This document shows, one piece after another, positions 55,880 through 62,224 of a stretch of 62,224 nt of DNA. The DNA comes from a virus (Duplodnaviria > Caudoviricetes). Made by a program: the position numbers and the translations under genes. Below the pieces are notes generated by a model. That model searched no databases. It was not told the DNA's origin and was given only the letters and a program-made list of their open reading frames with translations. The stretch spans positions 1-62,224 of IMG/VR virus record IMGVR_UViG_3300032291_003678. The stretch is one strand, 5' to 3'. How positions within the stretch are numbered: the first letter of the stretch is position 1; each line of letters begins with the position of its first letter.

Positions 55880-55945
55880 AACTTTTATTTTTTATTTATA
55901 CTTAAATATACGAAAAAAGACTTACCGAAGCAAGCCTTTTGTCAT

Positions 55946-56944
55946 TTATTTTATTCCTAATGCCTTTTTTACTAAATCTCTCATATAAGTACTCTTATTG
56001 AAATTGCTTGTTGACATGCATGTTATCTCCCAAAAATCCTTTATTGATAATGCTTTTACGTTTTGCATAACATATTCGTGTGCTTCTTCAACTGTTGAGA
56101 AGTATTTTCTTTCTGAATATTGTCCAGCTCCTGAATGTGCTTTCATTGTGTGTATGCTAAAGTCCGTATCTACGAAGTAGTACATGTCTCCTTCTTTAAT
56201 ATTAACCCCATCCTCTGTTGTAAAAAGAACTTTATTTTTTTCAATATAATCTAAAGCTGCTTCTTCTGTTAGGAAGTATGCATTTAGGTTTGAGTGAAAT
56301 TTCATTCCTGGTACTGATATAAAAGAATCGTAATATGAATTATCTTTCCTCACCCACCATACTTGGTCTCCTGCAAAAATATCTTTTCCATCGTGTGTTA
56401 TGAACAGTGGTTGTTTTATTTGTTTAATAGCATGAGTGATATGAGAACTACCTGAATTGTAATTAAGCCATATTCCTTCTTTCATTGAGGAACATTTTGT
56501 AACCAAAGTCATACTATCTATAGTTTTTATAGAACCATATTCATATACTTTTGCTCTATCACCTACTGTAAATACTTCTCCATCTGATAGACGTTTTACT
56601 GAATGTATTTTGTATAGTGGATTTTTTAGAATTGCCTCTGTAGAGTATGGTCCTGTTACAGGATATCCATTTACATTTCTACTCCATCCTTCTCTAAATT
56701 TTGTCCAAAGATCTGTTACACCTGAATCCTGTTTGAATGATATAATTTCAAATTCATGGTCAACTACTTCTTGCCAGAATTCTGGGTTGTTTTCTACTTC
56801 ATTATTGTCTAATTTTCTACAATCTGTGTAATTTCCAGAACATGGAGAATATCCATAATTTCTGTCTCCAGTACCTACTTCCATTCCAGGTTCCCAATCT
56901 CTTGCTAAACTTGGGTATTTTTGTATTAGTTTGTATTTTTTCAT
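55946..56944 (-). CDS. hypothetical modular protein with tandem C-terminal repeat
   Basis: LFITHDGKDIFAGD..YFLTEEAA and LFTTEDGVNIKEGD..YFSTVEEA. Confidence 0.75.
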   Translation of the reverse strand: MKKYKLIQKYPSLARDWEPGMEVGTGDRNYGYSPCSGNYTDCRKLDNNEVENNPEFWQEVVDHEFEIISFKQDSGVTDLWTKFREGWSRNVNGYPVTGPYSTEAILKNPLYKIHSVKRLSDGEVFTVGDRAKVYEYGSIKTIDSMTLVTKCSSMKEGIWLNYNSGSSHITHAIKQIKQPLFITHDGKDIFAGDQVWWVRKDNSYYDSFISVPGMKFHSNLNAYFLTEEAALDYIEKNKVLFTTEDGVNIKEGDMYYFVDTDFSIHTMKAHSGAGQYSERKYFSTVEEAHEYVMQNVKALSIKDFWEITCMSTSNFNKSTYMRDLVKKALGIK

Positions 56945-57189
56945 AATCTCTTTCTTGAGTTTTTTAAATAAATTGCTTGTTGCCTGATTCCAAATTCTCT
57001 TGTAAGAACATTTGAAGGTGCTTCATCCTCCATAAAGAATGACAATCCAATAATCATTTCACTGGCATCGAACTTTCTTTCTCTACCTTGAATCATTCCA
57101 TCTTTATCAGTAAATTTAGTAATTAGATCTGCCAGTTGTGCCTGAGTTTCGCATTGATTAACTGCTTGCCATTTTTGTAATTCTGTCAT
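56941..57189 (-). CDS. hypothetical protein
   Basis: LTREFGIRQQA. Confidence 0.7.
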   Translation of the reverse strand: MTELQKWQAVNQCETQAQLADLITKFTDKDGMIQGRERKFDASEMIIGLSFFMEDEAPSNVLTREFGIRQQAIYLKNSRKRL

Positions 57190-57201
57190 AACTTTTATTT
57201 T

Positions 57202-57741
57202 TTATTTCCAATCAATTTTAGGACAATACTTGTTGTATTTTGCTTTAATGAATTCAGCAGTCATATTAACCTTAGCTTTCTTAGTTACCCACTTCTTTTG
57301 GTTTTGATCAAAATAAGAGTCATCTTTTGTTATATACTCTCTTAAACAACCAACTCCATGTATAGTACCAACAATAATTGCAGCTGCCCAAATCATACAA
57401 CCCATAAATTGACAGAACTCCCAAAAAGTTTTTGGTTCAATATGAACAAACAATCCAATAATTGAAGTAATTGCGCAAGCAGCAAGCCATATTGCTATAT
57501 AAACACCTGCACTAATACCTAATCTAGCTCCTACACTTCTATCTCCATTCTCATATTGTTTATCCAATAGATCGTAGATAACTACTGGAATTGAAAATAC
57601 TGTGTAAGGAATGATTGTTAAATACATCAATACTACTTTCCAGAAGTATGGGCATAAGTTGTTTGGTAATCCTTGGTTTTCACTAACACCATAAAACCAT
57701 TTGTACAATTTGACTGTTGTTGAATTTTGATCTAATGTCAT
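57202..57741 (-). CDS. membrane protein (3 TM)
   Basis: LCPYFW, hydrophobic helices; promoter at 57773. Confidence 0.75.
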   Translation of the reverse strand: MTLDQNSTTVKLYKWFYGVSENQGLPNNLCPYFWKVVLMYLTIIPYTVFSIPVVIYDLLDKQYENGDRSVGARLGISAGVYIAIWLAACAITSIIGLFVHIEPKTFWEFCQFMGCMIWAAAIIVGTIHGVGCLREYITKDDSYFDQNQKKWVTKKAKVNMTAEFIKAKYNKYCPKIDWK

Positions 57742-57787
57742 AACTTTTATTTGTTTTTTAAATTAATAATACTTAAATATACGAAAT

Positions 57788-58147
57788 TTATTTTGATAAA
57801 ACAAATAATTCATACAAAGAATTTTCAGTTTTAAACTTAATATAATCCTCTCTCTGCTCTACAATCTCAGTTACTGTAGTTGTTTGCCAAGTAAAGAATG
57901 CGTTAAATGGGGACATAATTAAACTTCTCCCAACTGCTATTTCTTTATGTTGTGATTTGAATTTACCATCTTCATTAAACTCTAACCACATTATATTTGG
58001 AGATTGTTTTGTTAGACCATCTCTTTCTCTTACTAGTTTGTACTGCATATATTCTGTTCCGAATATTTCTTCAAATGATTTGTTTAATTCTAAGTTACCA
58101 TCCTCGTTTTGAGTTAGTAGTACTTTTGGTTGTGCTCCTCCTATCAT
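57788..58147 (-). CDS. hypothetical phage protein
   Basis: WQTTTVTEI...FKTENSLYEL. Confidence 0.75.
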   Translation of the reverse strand: MIGGAQPKVLLTQNEDGNLELNKSFEEIFGTEYMQYKLVRERDGLTKQSPNIMWLEFNEDGKFKSQHKEIAVGRSLIMSPFNAFFTWQTTTVTEIVEQREDYIKFKTENSLYELFVLSK

Positions 58148-58150
58148 AAT

Positions 58151-58561
58151 TTATACTGTATGTTCAATTCTTACTCTTACACAATTCTGAGGTAATCGGT
58201 GAATGTGTCTGTAGTTGTTAATGTATCCCATCATGTTTGCACTACCAACTGCATTTGCAGAATGTATTACAACATCAACAACAGGAGCTCCATCCAACCA
58301 TTGATTAACCAACCATTTTGTGCAATCCATTCCAGTCTTTTCCGTAATGTTATCATAGTTCAATTCATAATTGTGATACACGTTTGAATGCCATTCAGCC
58401 ATTGCTGATGGACCTAAATCGTGATCTAATGATATTATCTCAATGTTTTCTAATCCATAGTAAGTAACTTGATCTACAAATTGCTCATAGTTTCTAACTA
58501 CTTTCCATTCTGGATCAATTGGTGTTCTTACGTCGTCTAAATATATTTTAACTTTACTCAT
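58151..58561 (-). CDS. cyclic-phosphate-processing receiver-like domain protein
   Basis: IYLDDVR, ISLDHDLG, TGMDC..WL, HSANAVG. Confidence 0.75.
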   Translation of the reverse strand: MSKVKIYLDDVRTPIDPEWKVVRNYEQFVDQVTYYGLENIEIISLDHDLGPSAMAEWHSNVYHNYELNYDNITEKTGMDCTKWLVNQWLDGAPVVDVVIHSANAVGSANMMGYINNYRHIHRLPQNCVRVRIEHTV

Positions 58562-58728
58562 CTTTTTCTTGTTTTTCTAATTCATCTAACCCATCTACTA
58601 CTGTTACGTCCCAGTCTTTAAAATCTTCGTCAGGTTTGTTATTAATTTTATTCACATACCAAATCCCAGCTACCTCTATACCTACGAGTATTATTATTAA
58701 TATTATTGTTATAATTATTTCCATATGT

Positions 58729-59346
58729 TTAATCCCACCAGCGATTTATATTCTCATTTACTATTTTGAATAGTAGATCTTGAGCACGTTTTTGGTTGAT
58801 ATGGCAAATGTTCATAGCAATGATTCTTTTCATATCAGATTCATCTCTTCCATCTAAAGTAAATGGACCTGCTCCTTTTAACACTTTTCGATATATTAGT
58901 TTATACTTTTTAAACAACTCATCATACTTTTCCCATACCTCTTGTGAGTTGTATAGGGAAGATCCTGGCCTGTCTTTGCAAGGTGTAAACCATACTCTGT
59001 CTTTATGGTAATCCATGTATTCAGTAGCATATGTTTCATCTTGAACTAATTGGATTAATTTAACACATAGTCTCATTCTTTTGGCATCAAGTTGTGCTCT
59101 GGTATGTCTGTCTTTAGTACCAATCTCGTTTGCTTGTGCTTTGAGTTTATGTTTTAGTACTTCAAAGATAAAGTGGTCATCCCAGTGTCTGTCCTTCCAT
59201 ATAACTGGAAACCAGTAAATGATGTTTTGAATACCCCATTTAATTTCTTTGTGTAGGTATCTACCATCATGTTCCCACCACATCAATATCCTTTTGAATA
59301 TGTTTGGTCTTGGTCTGTTTTTTAAGTCTTCGAAAAAATCTTCCAT
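58729..59346 (-). CDS. hypothetical phage protein (IWKDRHWD...WWD)
   Basis: 205-aa ORF. Confidence 0.75.
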   Translation of the reverse strand: MEDFFEDLKNRPRPNIFKRILMWWEHDGRYLHKEIKWGIQNIIYWFPVIWKDRHWDDHFIFEVLKHKLKAQANEIGTKDRHTRAQLDAKRMRLCVKLIQLVQDETYATEYMDYHKDRVWFTPCKDRPGSSLYNSQEVWEKYDELFKKYKLIYRKVLKGAGPFTLDGRDESDMKRIIAMNICHINQKRAQDLLFKIVNENINRWWD

Positions 59347-59642
59347 TATTTCTGCAATTTAAGTTTTCTTGGATTAACTTCAAATAAATTTCCTTCTGAA
59401 TCTAAATATCCAGCATAGAACGAACTATCTATTTTTATGATAACATCATACCCTAATACCATGTTAATACCATTTCTAGAAGTATGTGTTGTATCTACTA
59501 CTTTATATTCTCCTTTTTGGAGTACCGGTTGTTGTCTGCAGCTTACTACTATTAACATTAGTATTAGCATTGCTACAAATGTAATTGTAAATATTTTAAT
59601 TTGTTTCATATTATTTCTTTTTAAATTTGTTTCCATTTCCAA
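59346..59642 (-). CDS. putative lipoprotein
   Basis: Hydrophobic stretch then VVSC. Confidence 0.6.
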   Translation of the reverse strand: MEMETNLKRNNMKQIKIFTITFVAMLILMLIVVSCRQQPVLQKGEYKVVDTTHTSRNGINMVLGYDVIIKIDSSFYAGYLDSEGNLFEVNPRKLKLQK

Positions 59643-59926
59643 TCATCACTTGATTCTGACTTAACTTGACAAGAGAAGATTTGATATCCTGCTCTCCAGT
59701 ATGTTAAGTGAATAACCCCATCAGGACTTTCAGCTAATAGCTCGATATTGCTTGGTGGTGTTTCTTCAAATACTGTTTTCCATCTGTTTTTTTCTTGTGC
59801 AAGTTCAAAACCTCTTATAAAAGAATTTTTACAAGATAATTTAAAACGCTCTTTTGTAGCTGCAAACTTTTCTAGTTCAATTAAGGCATTTGCTTTAGCA
59901 GCTTTATCAATTTCTTCTTGTTTCAT
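59621..59926 (-). CDS. hypothetical protein (DUF551-like C-terminus)
   Basis: WKTVFEETPP...W. Confidence 0.6.
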   Translation of the reverse strand: MKQEEIDKAAKANALIELEKFAATKERFKLSCKNSFIRGFELAQEKNRWKTVFEETPPSNIELLAESPDGVIHLTYWRAGYQIFSCQVKSESSDDWKWKQI

Positions 59927-61199
59927 AAACTATCTTTTTAAATTGTTCAATAAACTTTATAATATCTCTTCTTTTATAACCTGGCTTAGTTGGATGTTCA
60001 ACAAGAGATTCAAGGATGTTTATAACATCTTCCTCACTATAACTTTTTTCTTGTTGCCCTTTAATTTCTTTAACAAGTGTGTCTAACATATCAGAAGAAA
60101 ATTTTCTAGCGTCGAACTCCTGTTGCCATTTAGCTCCTTGTATAAAACAATATCTCCTTGATTTATCTTTTTCTTCTGTTCTAAACTGTTTAGCTTCAAC
60201 AAATCTTTCAGCAGCTTCTTCAAGTGTTTCTTGTTTAGGTTCTCTATTGAATAACTGGTCATCCATATCTTTTTCTGCAAAATACATAAATTCAAGACAT
60301 TTATAAACACTCATTCCACTTTTACAACAATCTGAAATGTATTGTTTATACTTTTCAAAATCTTCATCAGTGTACTTGTAATCATCTTCTGTACGTCTGT
60401 CTTTTATTCTTTGTAGGTATTGTTCAAGTGTTTCTTGTTTATGTTTGTCAATTAACTCTTTCACACCTTTCTTTTTTTCTTCATTGAATATGTCTTCTAA
60501 AGTAATTTCTTGTTCAGGTCCACAATCACAAGTTATTGTATGACCACAATAGCATTTGATAAGTTTAGGTTCTATCTTATCAAGCATTTGAGCCACTAAA
60601 GAAGTTTTATATCCTAACACTACATCTTTAGGTTCTTCTTGTGGTAATACTACATTTCCTTTACACCAACCATAGTCATACAATCCTAACTCTTCATCTG
60701 ATTTCATCATATCGATGAGGTGTTGCTTTTGTTGTTCTTTTGGAATGATGATTTTGTAATCTCTCAAATCACTTTTACCTTCCCAATTTAAAGAACCATC
60801 TCCACTAATAGCGTTTACTTCAGCAATAGAAGTATTTATTCCGTGAAACCTCTCAACTTCAACCTCCTCACAACTTGGATTCTTAACAAACCATTCTAAA
60901 AACTCATCATCAATAGCTTGTACACCATCTGCAATTAAGTCTTGGTCTGTTGTTAAGATGATTTTTTTACAACTTGGTGCTTTATCTGCTAATTCAAACA
61001 TTGCTCCATTAGAAACAACATTATTATCTCTGTTTAACCAATAACTATCCCATTCAATTTCTTCATCAGAAGTGATGTAGATGTTTTGATACTTCGTAGA
61101 AGGAACATTCAAATGGCTTTCAGTAGTTAAAAATAAATTATTTTTATAACAATATAACCTACTTGGTTTGTCTGTTGGTAATACATGAATGTTTTTCAT
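59907..61199 (-). CDS. mosaic modular phage protein
   Basis: Repeated EPK/KQETLEE blocks; modules shared with 1745..1972. Confidence 0.8.
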   Translation of the reverse strand: MKNIHVLPTDKPSRLYCYKNNLFLTTESHLNVPSTKYQNIYITSDEEIEWDSYWLNRDNNVVSNGAMFELADKAPSCKKIILTTDQDLIADGVQAIDDEFLEWFVKNPSCEEVEVERFHGINTSIAEVNAISGDGSLNWEGKSDLRDYKIIIPKEQQKQHLIDMMKSDEELGLYDYGWCKGNVVLPQEEPKDVVLGYKTSLVAQMLDKIEPKLIKCYCGHTITCDCGPEQEITLEDIFNEEKKKGVKELIDKHKQETLEQYLQRIKDRRTEDDYKYTDEDFEKYKQYISDCCKSGMSVYKCLEFMYFAEKDMDDQLFNREPKQETLEEAAERFVEAKQFRTEEKDKSRRYCFIQGAKWQQEFDARKFSSDMLDTLVKEIKGQQEKSYSEEDVINILESLVEHPTKPGYKRRDIIKFIEQFKKIVYETRRN

Positions 61200-61546
61200 A
61201 ACCTTTGTTTTTAAATTTATACTTAAATATACGAAATTTATTTTAATTTACCAACTTTTCTATGCGATAAGTTTTAAGATTAAAAAATATATCACCCCCT
61301 ATACACTCGTACTGTTGATCGTTTATAGTCATGATTTTACCATGATTTTTGTGTGAACGAATGGATTTTAGTGTTGGTGAAAGATCTTCACAGTATGTTC
61401 TTTTACCTCTCATAATCTACTTATTACTCCAATAATTAAAAATATTCCTAACCAAAGAATTGCACTTACAAATACCAAAGGGAATGTATCTACATTGTTA
61501 GCATCATATTTAAAAAATAGTATTTTAAATAGTATTTTAAGTCTAC

Positions 61547-61777
61547 TCATAGTCCTAGATATTTCTTAATACTTTCGTTACAGTAGTCTATATAGTGTAA
61601 TAACTCCTCTTGTACTACTTCTGAGGATCTTTCGGTTAAGTATTTACGAGCAGCTCTCTGTCTTTGTACAAAAAGTGAATGGGCTGGAGAGGTTATCGGT
61701 ACTGGTACTTCTAGTTGAGCTATAGTATTTATTTTTCTGTGTAGATCGATTTGATGTGAAAGATTTGATTCGCTCAT
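61547..61777 (-). CDS. hypothetical protein
   Basis: ORF in operon. Confidence 0.65.
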   Translation of the reverse strand: MSESNLSHQIDLHRKINTIAQLEVPVPITSPAHSLFVQRQRAARKYLTERSSEVVQEELLHYIDYCNESIKKYLGL

Positions 61778-61778
61778 C

Positions 61779-62039
61779 TTATTTAATATTTGATTCTGGG
61801 TAGGAGTTTAGGATTGAATTTGTATCTATAGAATAGCCATAGTCAGTTATTTGTACTTTTTCACTAGCTGCTTTTAAAGCTTCTGCTACATGCATTTTTG
61901 CAAATTCAATCATTGCTCTTTTTATATTTTCTTGAGCAAATACGTAAGCATCTCTGTGAATTATTAAATTAAAACTACCTATTTTAGGTTCTTTAAAAAC
62001 GTTATTTTTTACTAAAACTTCTTCTGCTGTTGGTATCAT
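61779..62039 (-). CDS. hypothetical phage protein (AMIEFAKMHV..ALKAASEK)
   Basis: Promoter at 62067. Confidence 0.75.
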   Translation of the reverse strand: MIPTAEEVLVKNNVFKEPKIGSFNLIIHRDAYVFAQENIKRAMIEFAKMHVAEALKAASEKVQITDYGYSIDTNSILNSYPESNIK

Positions 62040-62224
62040 AACTTTTATTTTATTTGTTTCTAATACCTAAATATACGAAAAAAAGCTTGCCTAAGCAAGC
62101 CTTTTATTAATTATTTTTAAAATATTTTACTTAATAGTGACCATTTGCATTATGGCTGGGTCTAGATATTTTGGGATAAGTTCTCTATAAACTCTACCTC
62201 TCTTATCACTTGTTGGATCAATTA

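Larger units (their letters stand above)
1..62224 (-). mobile_element. Segment of a large lytic dsDNA bacteriophage genome, probable Bacteroidota host
   Basis: Single-strand gene polarity, dense small ORFans, T4-like clamp/clamp loader/PolB, ThyA, phage-type chaperonins, no cellular housekeeping operons. Promoter consensus and DUF4494 point to Bacteroidota. Confidence 0.93.

Noticed and set aside
5191-60306. Plus-strand ORFs in the track (e.g. 5191, 11175, 20439, 51393, 53706, 54142, 59748) and nested minus-strand ORFs (24846, 40982, 43360, 60083)
   Set aside because: Shadows of well-supported genes or of attC palindromes; no leaders, promoters or recognisable motifs.
1-62224. Alternative genetic code (stop-codon reassignment)
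   Set aside because: Conserved enzymes are full length under the standard code and coding density is high.

Overview
AT-rich 62-kb segment of a large lytic dsDNA phage, most likely infecting Bacteroidota (Flavobacteriia-like). Essentially all real genes are on the minus strand. About 35 copies of a TTTG-N~20-TATATTTA promoter (Bacteroidota sigma-type) are present, and start codons have A-rich leaders without a Shine-Dalgarno. Left to right: (i) 1-17 kb, small early/host-takeover ORFs mostly with their own promoter, plus an aberrant tRNA-like element; (ii) 17.9-31 kb, a glycan locus (Gmd, ColD-type dehydratase, split transketolase, RmlC, ~7 glycosyltransferases); (iii) 31-41 kb, T4-like replisome (clamp, clamp loader, split family-B polymerase) with GroEL/GroES/Hsp20; (iv) 41-48 kb, MazG-like, PRTase, FolE/QueE/QueD and ThyA; (v) 49-54 kb, the standout: a phage-encoded integron-like system; (vi) 54-62 kb, modular hypothetical genes. 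The integron-like system consists of an intact IntI-like tyrosine recombinase lacking the integron-specific insertion, a candidate attI, and 12 attC-like hairpins delimiting 12 cassettes. All cassette ORFs lie antisense to the canonical cassette direction and are fed by a phage promoter at the distal end. All functional calls come from motif recognition by eye; no database searches were run.
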